64,000 bases of DNA from Raillietiella orientalis (lineage: Eukaryota), in the NCBI GenBank assembly GCA_036172245.1, contig JAYWIR010000005.1, positions 1,674,001 to 1,738,000 on the forward strand, written 5' to 3'. A program made the translations under genes and the position numbers. The notes below the pieces were generated by a model, which was not told the origin of the DNA, ran no database searches, and saw nothing but the letters and a program-made list of their open reading frames with translations. Positions 1 to 12,290 of this stretch are shown piece after piece (the stretch's first letter is position 1; each line of letters begins with the position of its first letter).

Positions 1-520
1 TCTTTCCCTCAGAGTCATCAGGAAGAAGGAGAGATCAACCCTGGGATGGGTGGCATGAAAAGGAGAGGGTTGGGCGTCATTCGTGTTCACCCGGGGGGCG
101 CCCTGCTATGACCGGAAGGAAGGGCTTTATTTTCTTTCCCATCGCAGGTCGGGCACGGGGTGGTGCGGAGAGCTCCGCCCCCACGCGGCACACGAACTCG
201 CGCGGCAAGGCCTGGCGGAGGAAGAGAGGCGACCTTTCAGGAGCTCCAGGACGGGCGGAGACTCTGGGCGCGCTCTTCCCCTCCGTCGTGGCGCGCGAGC
301 CGACGGCCTGCGTCTCTCTCAAGGGATCACCGGTTGCCCGCAGAAACCTCCGGATCACGCGGGTCATCATCATCAACGCGTTGACTCTGGAGGCAATGTG
401 AAAGGTCAGCCCCGCCTCCTTCTAGGACCGCGAGCTCTAGCAGCGCTACCTTGCCCGGAGATCTTGGATGGCCCAGAACAAAGAGGATGCGAGTGAAGAG
501 CTGTTCCCGTGGCCACCGAA
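1..520 (+). mobile_element. Decayed Ty3/gypsy integrase C-terminal tail, possibly with chromodomain remnant
   Basis: ORF 108..401 RKRGDLSG..LGALFPSVVAREP..RITRVIIINAL resembles GDxV..KLxPx+xGP..+H++xL; ORF 83..496 PEILDGPEQRG resembles chromodomain ExILDxRxxRG. Manual alignment. Confidence 0.35.
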
Positions 521-1149
521 GGCCACGGACCCCCTCCTCTTCCCTCTCCTCCCCCTTTCTGCTCCGGTAGTGATTCGAGTCGCAGGTAAAATTTAAAAAG
601 AAATGCAGCGTGTCGTGTGGGTCTCTTCTCGTGTTCCCGGGCCTTAGGCAAGAGAGGAGCCATCTCCCTTCTTCCCCAGTCTCCCTCTTCATTTTGGGCA
701 TCCCGGGCAACGGCATCCTTTCCTCTTCCTCTTTTCGGCCTTCCTTGCCTCCTCCCTGCCCGCGAGGCGCCGTCCAGCGCACGCCGGGGGTACGGCGGGA
801 CTCGGAGCGCGCGAGAAACCTCCGCGCGCTGCTGCCGCTGCGTCCGCGCGCTCGCGCCCGTCGTCGTCCCCTCGTGATTTACGACGCCTTTCATCTCCTG
901 CCACTCTCCTCTCCACGGGCTGACGCGCGCGCCGCCGCGCGGTTCGGGGTCGCCGCGCGCGCGCGTGCATGTCGCTGTCCCGCCATGCGAAACGTCCAGC
1001 TCCGCGCCGGCTGCAGTCGGCAGGCTGCTGCTGCTGCTGCGTTACGGCGTCTTCGGGGGTGGGCTGCGGCCGTCTCTCGAGAGCTGCACACTTGATGTCG
1101 ACAAGCAGAAGGAGAGAAGGGAGGGAGAGGGGAAGTAGAAGAGGAGGTG

Positions 1150-2350
1150 CCGGGAAGACTCTCGACGCCCCAGCCGCTGGCCTGCGTCGAAGCTTCGCGA
1201 TCCTGAAGCAGGAAAGGCGAAGCGCAGCACCGTAGAAAACCGTGGGTCATCCCCTTCGTCCAGGAAACCTGGGGGCAAATTCCGCGGAGGTGGCATAACC
1301 GAGCGGGAGCCCGCTCTCCTTCCACCCCTAGCCAATCCCGGCAGTTCGGGGAGGTTGCGCGCGCTCCGAGTCCCGCCGTATCCCTGGCATGCGTACCCAT
1401 GCCAGTTCACGTGACCGAGCTCCCTGCGCCTTCGACGACGGCTCGTCCGGTCGAGGGCACGAGCACCGGCAGCTGCTCAGGCCCGTGCGGGTCATTCGCG
1501 CGCGCTTGCCCCTTCTTCGCCCGTGTGCGCATCTCATATGAGCCAGACTTGACGCAGCTGCACCCGCACAGCTTGTAACGTTCGCCACGTACGTGAATTT
1601 GGCGCTGCAGGTGACCTGCGTACCGTACTCACTACACATGATTTGACCCCCCCCCCTCATTGCCTTCAGGGGACTCTGTGTCGTACAAAGGCCTGTTCTG
1701 CGCCTGTGGGACATCGTGGATCACCCGGGGACTGCGCACAAGGTGTGCGCAGTACGCGACCCATGCAAGGGTCGCGCGTGTGCGCGCAACCTTTGCACGG
1801 CAGAGTACATGGCCACGAGTGCCCTGCAGCACCAGGAGCGCAGTCGCCTCCTCACCGTAACCTGGGCAGCCGCCGAGGCCAGTGTCGTCCGGCACACCAC
1901 CTCTACCCCCGTAGGCGCTCATCTCGTGTCGTGACCGGCAACCTCTCCCGCTCTGTGAGCGCCTTGCCCTGCTGTGGAATCGCTCGCTGGCAAACGCAGC
2001 GCGCGACACGTGCGCAAGGTCACACGAGAGCTGCTGCTGCGGCCGGCTCCCGCGGGGTCGCCTGCGCGGGCAGCTTTCCGGAGGCGGTCCCTCTCGCCGC
2101 ACCTCTCGCTCTGGGGAGTGCGGGACCAGCGCCACGCGGCCGGCCTGTCGTGCTCCTGGGTTTTGATAGGATGTTGGGACTAACGGACACGGAGAGAGAG
2201 GCCAGGCTCCCATCGACCAAAGGCGACCTTCCACCGATCCTCTGGGACAGACGTGGCTTTGACCGGAAGGCGGAACAGTGGACGGCACCGCCCCTTCAGC
2301 GCAATCCCCGTGGACGGAAAGGACGAGAGGACGAAGGGGTTAGCCGGGAG
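1150..2350 (+). mobile_element. Decayed Ty3/gypsy pol relic (RNase H to integrase)
   Basis: GPCGSFARAC..SYEPDLTQLH (P+AFFS..YS.+DRELLA), PLIAFRG..RPVLRLWDIVDHPGTAH (PL+YAF..PRQ.R.LDFI.QF.T.I) and LPSTKGDLPPILWDRRGFDRKAEQWTAPPL (LP.S.G..YLLT++DRF+RW.EA.P+) occur in the right order; stops and frameshifts present. Confidence 0.55.
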
Positions 2351-2614
2351 GCAGCGGCCACGGAAGGCATGCGGTGGGAGGCGAGGAAGAGACCGGGAGA
2401 GGTCGTCGCGTCCGCTTCTCCCCGAGGCAGCCAGGAGACTCGAGCCAGAGGGCTGTAATTGCCCCGATAGCAAACGTGTCCGATCTCCGTCCACGCCGGG
2501 TGTGTCATGGAGAACCAGCGCGTGTCCCGATCTCTGCTTTCTCCCCTCTCCCCTGTCCTTGCAAGGCAGAGGAGAGAACAATCCCTTTTCCGTTCAATAT
2601 GGATGACGCCTCCT

Positions 2615-3410
2615 TGCCTTGGATGATGGAAATCCTTTTCTGTCTTCTCAGTTCTTCGACACGGTCCCACTCCACCCGAGGGTGGGTATTCTTCAAGATA
2701 GGGGTATCCCGGGAGTAGTCCGCCCTATGAATCCAGGAAGGACTCGGAGTCCATTCCTCTCATGCCTGGGGAGGAATCCCCGGAAATGGAGATCACCTCC
2801 ACCCTGGTTGTCTCCGAAGTCGAATCCAAAAGGGAATCCTCCTTCTTTATTCTATCTGAAGAGACCCTTGGAGGGGTCCGCTTCATTCTTTCTTCTATGA
2901 AGGGAAGCCGGAAAGGATCCGATCCTTGAATTTCTTCTCCGGAGGAGTCCCCCGAAAGGAATCCGCTCCTGTTTTTACCCCTCTGAAGAGAACCCAGAAG
3001 GGACGCTTCCGACATTCAGAAGGACGCAGCTTCCCTGAAAGGATCGGCTCGCTTCTCTGCACTCTCTGGAGAGATGGTGGCGACACACCTACTCCATCAG
3101 TCCGACGCGTAGGGGTCCTTCCCGGAATGGGGGGTCCGCTCCTTCACAATTGGTGGAGAATTCCCATTCAGTGACTCCTGGAAGGACTCCGAGGTCGACT
3201 CCCATTTGTCCCGGAGCTCATCGGGGCATCCGGTTTTAACCGCTACCAGTGCCGCACCGGATGAATGCAGGCCAACCAGCGTCATCTTGTGGGGTGAACT
3301 CGGGACCCACGACGCACTGCGTCGATTCCTTCGGAGTATTCGAACCCACGACGCATGGTTCCATGCGCGGACACCACCGTAACCACACGGCATGCGACGC
3401 GGGCAATTGG
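2615..3410 (-). mobile_element. tRNA-headed SINE-like repeat, copy 1
   Basis: Minus strand has the B-box-like GGGTTCGAATAC (3336-3347), then GTGCGTCGTGGG..CAAGATGACGC..GCGGCACTGGT and GGGTTCTCTTCAGAGG..GAGAAGAAATTCAAGGA..GATCCTTTCCGG..CCTTCCTGGAT..ATAGGGCG, blocks shared with the copies at 57.5 and 61.3 kb. Confidence 0.75.
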
Positions 3411-3499
3411 AATCGTGCATCCCGGGCGTCGGTTCCGGGAGGTCCGTCGCTGTTCTCAAACCTTGCGTGTCGAGACCGAGATCTCCGACGCGGCACTGC

Positions 3500-4600
3500 T
3501 AGCTAAGCTGTGACCACGGATTGGAGGAGGATGCGGGCGGAGGACACCGGGGCTGCAAGACCTCAGCACACGCGTCGCAAGAAGGTGAAGCGGAGGAGAG
3601 TGCAGGATCATGAATCCGCTAACAATGATCCAGTAAACAATGAAAAGCAAACAATGAGCCGGCGAGTAGTAAACGGCAAACAATGATCCAGTAAACAATG
3701 AAAAGCAAACAATGATTCACTAAGCAGCAAACAATGAGTCCTAAGTAGTAAACGGCAAACAATGATCCAGTAAACAATGCAAAGCAAACAATGGTTCAGT
3801 AAACAGAAAACAATGAGCCGGTAAGCAGTAAACTGCAAAGAATGAGACATTAAAACAGTAAACAATGATCCAGTAAACACTGAGCGGAGACGAAGAACTT
3901 TCCGGCACTGTTCTCTCGGTGAAAATGCGTGCAGAAGAGCTCTTCCTGTCCCACGAAAGACTCAAAGCGAGGCGATCTCCGCCTTGCCAGGGTTTCGGAG
4001 CCGCCCCTGACCAGCCTACGGCGTCCTACCTCATCTGTCGTGCTGTCAGGAGCCGCCTGGGGAGACCGCCGACCTCGGTGTTCCCGCCTTTTCACGGGGA
4101 AGCGGACGGGGGCACTAGGGCAGGACTGCAGTCGCATCCGGCAGTCAGGGAGCTCCTGGTTCGAGGCTCTGGGCTTTCTCTGCCCGCCTTATTTTTCGGC
4201 AGGCCGTACGAGCTTTTCTCTCGCCTCTCCGCCTGCTGCTCGAGCGGTGGGTAATGCTGCAAGCACCCCCGACAAACCCCGGCCCTCAACCCGTGGAGCC
4301 GCTTTTCCACCCTTCCTCATCTGAGGAAAAGCACGAGATCGTGGTGGTTCCTCTCCGGAACTGCCGCGGTCAAGACCGCCTTCAGCAACATCTGGAACGC
4401 GCGCCTCTCAAACTCTTGACCAAGGCCTTCCTGTTTCTTGTTCCACCTAAGTTGGTCGCGGACGAGGGTCAGTGGTCAATGAAAACAAATGGTCACTTGA
4501 CCATGGGTGGTCGTGGACTAGGGCGACTGCCGGAGGGCATCCAACCGCTCTACAGCATGCAGTGGGAGTCCTGGAAGTTTTTTCTGGTCACAGGAAGGAG
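3500..4600 (+). mobile_element. Decayed Ty3/gypsy relic (protease to RT), interrupted by a minisatellite
   Basis: DTGA at 3543-3554; ORF 3929..4324 TSSVVLSGAAWGDRRPRCSRL..AASTP; ORF 4254..4757 HEIVVVPLRN..DRLQQHLERAPLKL..NGHLTMGGRGLGRLPEGIQPL follows the gypsy RT palm/thumb layout. Confidence 0.55.
3620..3882. repeat. AT-rich irregular minisatellite
   Basis: Repeated AAACAATG / CAGTAAAC cores forming larger units such as ACAATGATCCAGTAAACAATGAAAAGCAA (at least 4 near-copies). Confidence 0.9.
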
Positions 4601-4800
4601 CCTGTCTCCGAAGGGAATCTCCTTCCTCATCCTCTCCGGAGGGATCCCCGGGAGGGGGGTGGTCCTCTCCATTCCATCTTCTCCGAAGGGAACCCGGAAA
4701 GGATCTGCTAGTAGGAATTTCTTCTCCGGAGGGAACCAGCAAGGGGGGGGAGGGTGAACGGAATCCATTCCTGTTCCCCTGCTGCTCGCCCCTCAGCCCG
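4600..4800 (-). mobile_element. SINE-like repeat, copy 2 (internal fragment)
   Basis: Reverse complement CCCTCCGGAGAAGAAATTCC..GATCCTTTCCGGGTTCCCTTCGGAGAAGA..GGGGATCCCTCCGGAGAGGATGAGGAAGG aligns with 57900-58040 and 62170-62290. Confidence 0.7.
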
Positions 4801-4869
4801 AGGAGCAGGTGGCTTTCAGGATTGACTGGAAGAAGGTCGACGCGACTGAAAGAAGACTGCAAGTCATCG

Positions 4870-7800
4870 GAAAATCAGAAAAGACCTTGGAAGGAAGCGG
4901 CGTGGAGTCCTCTTGACTGACCTTTGGGAGGAGGAGCGCTAGGAGTCAGAGAGGGGATTCGCTGAGTCAGAAATTTCCCCCAGAGCTTGGAAGCGTCCGG
5001 AGAGCACGGGGGTCGCAGTAGGAAAGCGATTCGCCGGGGCGTCTGCGAGGGAGATGGTCGACAGGGTTAGGAGACCCTCGGTCGCGCGCGCTCCCACAGG
5101 GGAGGCTGCCGACGCTTCAGGGGAGACCCCGACCTCGGGCGATCCGACAGAGTGGGCGGTGCCGCGAAAAGTTGAGGGAGTGGAGACTTCGGAGACTTCC
5201 GGGTCCCTCTAGGAAAGTCCCTCCTCCTCCTCCTGTGCGTCGCTGGAAGCCCCTTGCAAGTGCGCGCGTCGCAGCACCGCCATACGGCTTCCGGCAGGGC
5301 AAAGAAGGCGGGCACGGAGCTTAGAGGTCGTCCAGGGACACAGGGCACTGCAGTCGAGTTCCAGATGCAAGGGAGCAGCTGCTCCTCCTTGGTCCTCGGG
5401 TTCGTACGACCATGGCAACCCCGGATCTTTTTGGGCACCGTAGAGCGCCATTCCGCGCGCGCTCCCAGGTCCCTGGGGAACCACCGGGCAGGAGGGCTCG
5501 GCAGGACGGCGGCTGTTTCCTTCCCAAGAAGGAACGTTGGAGAGGAGGCGCAAATCACAACGAGGAACTTCTGGAGGGCCTGGAGGCGTTCCAGGACTCT
5601 GTCTCTCTGATTTCACTCCGGGAGAGTGGGGATTTCTCCTAGGGTCCGGCAGCTGCTCCATCCTCAGCGGCAGCATCCTGGAGAAGGCTAGGTCCGGAGG
5701 AGGAGGCCATTCTGGGCACCACAAGGGAGTCCAAGGAGGTCGACTTCTCCTTTCAAACCTCCCCCCACCTTCCCTTCCGATTGCTATGGAGAAGAAAAGA
5801 GAAGGGGAAGATGGTGCTGACGAGGAAACTCTCGTTTCTTGCAGCCTGTTCGTCTGCGCCATCGACGTGCAGGGAGGTGAGCCAAGAAGGCAACTCGAGA
5901 GGGGGAGGGGGGGGACATAACCTTGGAGACTCGAAATGCCGCCGGTCGCGTTGCCAGCTACCGTTTCCTTCGTTTCGGTCGTTCCCTTGCAACCATCGCT
6001 ACCTTCATTGTTGCCGGCGCGATTGTTACCGCGGTTGCGTCATCCTGCCGCCGCCGGCGTTGAGATTGTCCGCCGCTGCCATGCCTACCTCACTTTCCAC
6101 TACTCTCCTGCCCGCCCCGCTCACGCCGCCGTGACGGTGGCCGAAAGCCGCTCCATGATGGCTCCTTCGTCACGTCTGTCCTCAGCCCGCGCGTCGGCGG
6201 CCGCCGACGCGGCTTCCAACGTCGCCGCCAGACACGACACCGGTTGCGGATGGTGTTATCAGCGCCTCCAACACGTTTTGCCGCCCCTGCCATCAGGGTT
6301 CCCATCGGGAGCTTCTTGTTGCGGATTCCAGGGCAACCGCTGCCGATGGCGCCGTTCGCAACCTGCGTCCCGTCCTCACCTTCGCTGGCCTCCCAGAGCC
6401 AGCGCCGTAGCCGCTGCTGCACTGCAAGTGTGCCAGTAGCTCTTTTCCCGCAAGCTCCAACTTGGACTCTTCCGGAAGCGAAGCACCCCGGGAGCTGGTT
6501 GCCGGCGTAAACAGCAAGATACATTGGCGACTCGTAGTCCCCCGCTACCGAGGGACTTCCGGGGTCCACCACAGCGCCCCTGGAAGTGCCATCCTCGGTA
6601 CGGATCACCTCGCGCGGGCGATGGCGATGCACGCCGTCGTGCCTTTGGGCCTTCGAAGAAGGTCAGCCCAGCTGGGTCCCAGTTGACGGTCTCGTGGCTC
6701 TACTGTCCGCTCGCGGCACCTGGCGTAGCGAGTTCGGATCCCGCCCAGGGAACGGTCGACACCGAAAATTGGGAAAGGGGGGGTGCATCGTGGGTTTTGA
6801 GTCTTCCCCCGAGCGGGATGACGGCAACTGGCTCACAGGCTTCCAGTGCAGCACTGATAGAGTCCGGATGCCCCTGTTGACCGGCAGGGATTGGAAGTTG
6901 ACCCTCCGAGGTTTCCCTCCGGTTGTGGAAATGGAGCCGTTACCATGGAGCTGGTTGATGCCTCTCCAGAGTGCCAAGAAGAACGCTGTTTCCATCAGGA
7001 TTCCTTCCCAAGCGTAAGAGGGATGGACTCCTCCTTCCTCCGGAGCCCTTCTGGAGTCGTGGGGTGGTCCCTCCGGGGTCACACTCTAACTTGAACACCG
7101 CCCACGCACCCCCGGGTGGCGTGGACGGTGCTCAAAGAGCTCCGTGAGCCCCCCGGAAGGAGGCGAAAGGTTCTTTAGCACTTGGCAAACCGAAGAGGTG
7201 CTGCTGGGGCCTCGGGCTGCAGGAGATTCTCCGACACCCCGCACCCAGCTCCGGAAAACCAGGAATGGCACCTCTGGAGACCCTCTTTCTATGCAGCCAT
7301 GGGGGTGTGTGGAACGTGTATTGGTCGAAGTCCAGTCTGAGGTTGGAACGGTGGTCATGCACATGCAAGAAAAGAAAGGTCGCCGGAGGCATCTCCCTCT
7401 TCCAAGGCTTTTGGCCCCACCCTGAGTTCCGCATGAAGGACCCGGGGCTTTCAGCACGGACACTGCAGTGTCTGTATGTGTGCTCCCTAGATATCGATCG
7501 AGACACCCGAACGGTTCCCGCCTCCATTCGTGGTCAGAGGCCACCAGAAAGCCCCTTGGTCCAGAGAGAAAGATCGAGGGAGGTCCATCAGATACGGCGT
7601 TCTCCCGACATCCCGGTGGAGCCTTTGGACTACTCCGGGAGCGGGGCACCCGGGCGGCGGCAGCGGCGAGGTCGAAGGTCGAGGCGCATCTCCACATTGC
7701 TGGGTGTCAGTCGATGGTTCCCAACACCCAGAGAAGGTTTCCCTGGAGGAGGAGCGCGTGGAGATGGAGAGTCTGACCGAGGTGGTCCTGGGAGGCGTCC

Positions 7801-9085
7801 TGCGGCCCGCCGCCGGGAACGCGCCGATGTTCCGACGCTTTGCCTGCCTCCCCGCAGTCGCTTTCTGTGGTCCCCCGGAAGATGCCGCGGGGGCGACCGC
7901 CGAGGCTCCGGCCTCGCCCATGAGGTTCCCCGAGATTTGCCTAGCGGCGGGCCTGTGGTGGGACCACTCTGGTTCGCGATCTCTGACCCAGAAGCGCACT
8001 CGAGTGCCCCGGGAAGAGATGCCTGGACGAAAGCAGTCCCGGCCGCGCTAGTGGCCACTAGCCCCGCGCGCCACCCGCCTCCGACTTCGTTGCCTTAGAC
8101 TTTTACCCACTGGGCTGTCCAGGGAGTCCTCAACGCCGGAAGGAGGTTCTCCGCCAATGCGCTTCCCGAGGTCGGGCTGGACCTCGGCCGGCTGCCGGCC
8201 GGCGTCGCCAATTCCTACTGTCTGACCTTGACCTTTGCTGCAAGAACAGGGCACCAAAGAGGCATTGGCTGGTGTCCCTGCGCCCTGAAGCACTCGGGCG
8301 ACCTCCTCGCTCCCAGAGATGCCTCCCCGGTTATCTCGGAGGAAGAGGGTGATGGTACTTGAAAGTAGAGGAAGGTTGACATCCGAGAGTGGGATGCCGG
8401 TGGATCCCTGGGGCAGAACCCGACCCCGGGGTCAGACCTCCCTCTCCGAAGGGTGGTCATGGTAGGCGAGAGGGTCGAAGCCTCTCGTCTTCGAGCCGTC
8501 TAGGCCCGCGCCTAGGAGGCGAGCGTTTTCCACCCCCACACGCGCCCCTTGCGACGCTGGCACCAGGTGCAGGCACTGCGGCGCACGAGGCTGTTCATCC
8601 GCGGAAGGAAAACTCATTCTTCGTGGGTCGTACCCTTCGCCCCAGAGCTCCCTCCTGTGTCCCTCCACCTTCTTCCCGACTTCTCCCACACTTCCCGGAA
8701 GGCGCACGCCGAAGCCCGTCCGTCTCCTGGGAGACGGGAACCTCGCGAAGAAGCGGCGGCTTCATGGTCCTCCTGCTCTCCCCGAGCGCCCTGGGGTTCT
8801 CCGATCGGACCAGCTGAAGTTTCTCTCCAACTGCCTACCTTCCACGCTACCTCAGCGGGACCCGGACCGAGTGGCAAGCCGAAGGCTCGCGCCATCCTGC
8901 GGCGTCTCCCCGCCGCCGCCGGCTGGAGGATCCCAGACGCCCCTGGCGGCGGCGGGGTAACGGAGTAACCCAGGCAACCGCGCTTCGCGTCCCGCAGGAG
9001 CGCCTCTTTTCGCCAATCCGTCACGTCGAAGGCCCCCGGTTTCATTCCGAAATTGTTCCAGCGGAGCGTGAAGAGATTCATTATC
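4870..9085 (-). mobile_element. Decayed near full-length Ty3/gypsy gag-pol, split by SINE copy 3
   Basis: Collinear on minus: gag (ORF 8614..9081), knuckle CFRAQGH..CPVLAAK (8215..8460), protease RIGGEPPSGVEDS (8048..8293), pre-RT/RT (7487..7999; 7086..7697 GGAKS; 7132..7527 YTFHTPPWL), thumb/RNase H (6090..6632 AVVDPGS..DYESP..WLWE), integrase (5067..5558 KKIRGCHG..PGRPLSSV..LPQLFAA). Confidence 0.7.
6690..7190 (+). mobile_element. SINE-like repeat, copy 3 (internally deleted), inserted in a gypsy RT
   Basis: CGCGGCACCTGGCGTAGCGAGTTCGGATCCC head, GTCGACACCGA, GGATGCCCCTGTTGAC..GATTGGAAGT, CCAAGCGTAAGAG..CCTCCGGAGCCCTTCTGGA and GGCGTGGACGGTG..AAGAGCT.CGTGAGC are shared with the 61340-62545 copy. 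Confidence 0.75.
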
Positions 9086-9437
9086 TTTTAATTGGATCCT
9101 TACTGTCAGCATCCCATCTATTACGATGAATCACGCGCCTGTCACGCGCGCCGGAGCGCGGGCGACGTGCGACGCATCCCTGCGGCCGCGCCGCGCGTCA
9201 CGCCGGGCTGTCAACGGAGCGGACCCGGAGCGGCGGCGGCGGCGGCGACGGCGGCGCGAGGGATGCGGGGGAGGGGGGACCCGGCGCGCGAGGCCGTGCT
9301 ATTTTTGGGAGCCTCCGCTGCGCCTCCCCCGAGAGAGCGCGCGCTCCTCGCGTCCGCGGCACCTGGCGACGAATCCTCTGCTCCCTCCCGTCGAGCAGCG
9401 CCGCCGCTGCCGGTTGCCTGGGACGAACCAACCATCG

Positions 9438-9690
9438 GGGGAGGAGGAAGGAAAGAGGAGGAAAAGGTAAGAGGGGATGAAGAGGAGGAAGAAGAGGAAA
9501 GAAGGAACAGGGAGGGAAGAAAGGAGTCGGGAGGAGGAAGACCAAGAAGAAGGGAGGAGGAAGAAGAGGTGGAAAGGAGGAGGAGGAAAAGGAAAGAAGA
9601 GAGGAAGGGGGAGAAGCTGGAGGAAAGAAGGGAAGAAGGGAGGAGGAGGGGGAGGAGGATGAAAGGGAAGAAGAGAGAAGCAAGGGGGAT
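9438..9690. repeat. Polypurine (GGA/GAA/AGG) low-complexity tract
   Basis: About 250 nt almost exclusively A/G on the + strand. Confidence 0.9.
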
Positions 9691-9699
9691 GTGTAGGTG

Positions 9700-11520
9700 A
9701 ACCCTCGAATGCCGTGTCTCCCCTCCGAGCGACATTTCGGGACAGCATGGGAGGCACCTCCCTCCCAGGCGTCGGAGGGATGATCTCGTCGTTGCCAGGT
9801 AGGAACGGTCGCCTCTAGGTCCGGACTGATGTCGCGGCCCGCTCGCCCTCCTTCGCGCACGCGGGTGCCTCCGCTTCCGCGGCTGCGGCGCCGCGCAGGT
9901 CCAGCCGCCGTTTTCTCCCACTGACCACGGCCGGTCGTCGCCCTCAGCAGACTCCTTCCCGTGCTGGCGCGGTTCTCCTGCCGCCCCGCTAGAGGGCGGG
10001 GCGGGCGCGGATGGCGGGCCCGTCAGCCCCCGACAACTCGAGGCTCTTCACCGTCCGCACGTCCTGTCGGTCTCTTTCCGCCCGTCGCTCACGAGCCGCC
10101 ACATTGAAAGAGATTTTCGTTCCCTTGGAAACCGCCGCCCTTAATGATCCGTCGTCCTGAACGGATGACAGAGCGTCCGGAAGAGGCCGCTGCTCTTTGA
10201 AGGTCATAGAGAAGGGAACAAAAGGTCGCCGTGGTCTTGCGTTCGCCTTTGGGGTTCGGGGCACCCCGAAGGCAGTCGCTTCCGGGGCCCTTGGGGGGAG
10301 GGGAGGAGCGCTGAACGAGGAAGAGCGCACGACAGTCACTGTGGAAGATGACCCGCGCAGTGACCCGGGCATCCGCTAGCGGGAGGAGCGTCTGGGTCGC
10401 TTGTCATCAGCTGGAGCTGACGTCAGCGCGAGCGTCCACGCGGTCGCAGCAGCCAAACGCAGCGGTGAAACTTTCAACCCGAGGGCTCGTTGGTCATCCG
10501 CCGTTTCCGGAGCCGCCCCCGCGCTCCGCCGGGCTCGACGGCCGCGAGGGAGAAAAACAGAGGGCCGCGCGCTTCGAAGACGCGGGAACCGCCCCAAGGA
10601 GGGGGTCGGACGCCCATCGCTGGCGCCCTTCGGGCGCGAGGCCGGAACTGTCCTTGGGCGCAGGCACCATGGAAACGGGGCGCGCGGCCGAGCGGGCGGT
10701 GCCGAAAGGCAGCCGGGAGAAAAGCCCTGCCCGGGTGTCAACGAAAGGTGAAAGGCGCGATCAATCGTCCCCCGGAGACGGCGATCGGGGGGAGATTGGC
10801 GATTGACTTCCGCCAACCCCCCCCGGAGTCCAGGAAGGCCGACCCCTTCCCTCCACCACGAGCGACCGACCTCTTTGCGGTCCTCCTCCTCGGTAGCGGG
10901 CGGCCGCAAGCTACGCCCGCCGCTGAGCTCCAGACTCGTCCGTACGTGCACGCGCTGCTGCCCGCGGGTTAGCAGCGTCTGCGGCGACACCGACCGCCTC
11001 TCTCACAAACAAACAGCCCACGGCGGCGACGGCAGCGGCGCGCAAGGCTTGCCCGCGGGCAGCGCGCCGACCACCTCTCCTGCGTCTGTGCCAGCGCCAC
11101 CCACCGCTACGCCGAGCCGGACCCTCTCCCCCCCCTCTGCAGGTGGCACCGCTTCCGCTCGGTCCGCACGTTCGGCAGGCAGAAGGGAAGCGTGCGCTCA
11201 GTGATTCCCCCCTCCCCCCTCCAGCATCCGCGCGACCTCTCGCTCGCTTCCGGACAAGGCTCAGGCGCCATCCGGCGGCGCCACCCGCCCGCGGTCGCGC
11301 TGGTGGAGACAATCGGAAATGACGTGACTTCCGTGGAGACGCCACTGCACTCCTGGGAGGGGGGGAGATGAGTCAGCAGTTCCGAGGATGATTGATCTCC
11401 GGGCGATCTCGCGGGAGGAGGAGGCGCTCCCGCCCGTCCTCGCTCGGGGGGGAAGGCGGTGTCCATCTGCCCGGAGGGGGAGGGAAGAAGGGGGGTGATT
11501 CTCTCCTCGGCGCGCCAGAC
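9700..11520 (-). mobile_element. Decayed Ty3/gypsy relic (gag, protease, RT)
   Basis: gag TAFPPE..RSPGDQSSSELLTHL (ORF 11107..11466); protease GQALRAAAVAAVGCLFVRE (10911..11345); RT FHLSLTPGQ..DQRALGLKV (10376..10990) and PEATAFGVP..QDVRTVKSLELSG (9989..10372). Confidence 0.6.
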
Positions 11521-12019
11521 GGGGCATCAGCGGGGATCCCTTCATCTTTCCTTTCCTCCCCCGCGCACCCTCACCGCCAGGGCGTCATGGAAACGCGCCC
11601 TCCCTCTCTCCATCGTCGCCGTTCCGCCCCGCCGGTAGACACCCGCGAGCGGCGCCATTCGCCGGAAGGATTTCCGGCCCGATCCGCAGCGGCGGCGGTC
11701 CGGGGAGGATGGCGGGCGGCGGGCAATCAGGTGCGGGGCGCCGACCCGCTCTGTCCGCCGATCCGCGACTCCCAGAGGGAAGAACGGGCCACCGCGAAGA
11801 GCTCAGGGACCGCTCCTCTCCCTCGAGAGGTCCGCATTGCCACGGGCTGCCCTTCTTGCGAGCGACCTCCACCGATAGCGCGCGAGCAACCAGGCCCTAG
11901 CTGAGAGGTCACGGGCTCTCCTCGGGACGAGCGGGCTCGACGCCGAGGACGCTCTGCTTGCGCACCGGCGTGGCGGTTCGGAGGGTCGCGAGGCCGAGCC
12001 CTTGGAGTGCTTTCGTGGC

Positions 12020-12290
12020 GTTTCCAAGATGGCCACTGCCGTCGCAAACCATCGGAGGAAGAGAGAAAGAAAGGAAGAGGATGAGGGAGAGGAAGGGAAG
12101 AGGGGAAGTGGAGAGAGGGAGGAGGATAAAGAGGAAGAAGGAAGGAGGAGGAAGGGAACAGGGGAAGGAATCTCGTTTCCAAGATGGTCACCCCGTCGCG
12201 AACCATCGGCGGAAGAGGAGGAAGGGAGAGGGAAGAAGAGGAGGAAGAGGAGGAGGAGAATCTCGTTTACAAGATGGTCACCGTCGTCTT
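12020..12290. repeat. Three copies of a CGTTTCCAAGATGG(T/C)CAC..GTCG unit separated by polypurine tracts
   Basis: Units at about 12019, 12170 and 12260; the first two continue with AACCATCGG and an A/G run. Confidence 0.8.

Noticed and set aside
1660..1934. Cysteine-rich secreted-protein exon (DPCKGRACARNLC)
   Set aside because: No consistent exon chain; the frame matches the gypsy RNase H-integrase linker.
3620..3882. CRISPR array
   Set aside because: No unique spacers, irregular units, no cas genes, eukaryotic context.
8650..9081. Tramtrack-type BTB domain (FTLRWNNF ... REVPVSQE) on the minus strand
   Set aside because: No AHxxVLSACS core. It sits directly upstream of a knuckle, protease and RT in the same orientation and fits a gypsy gag N-terminus better.
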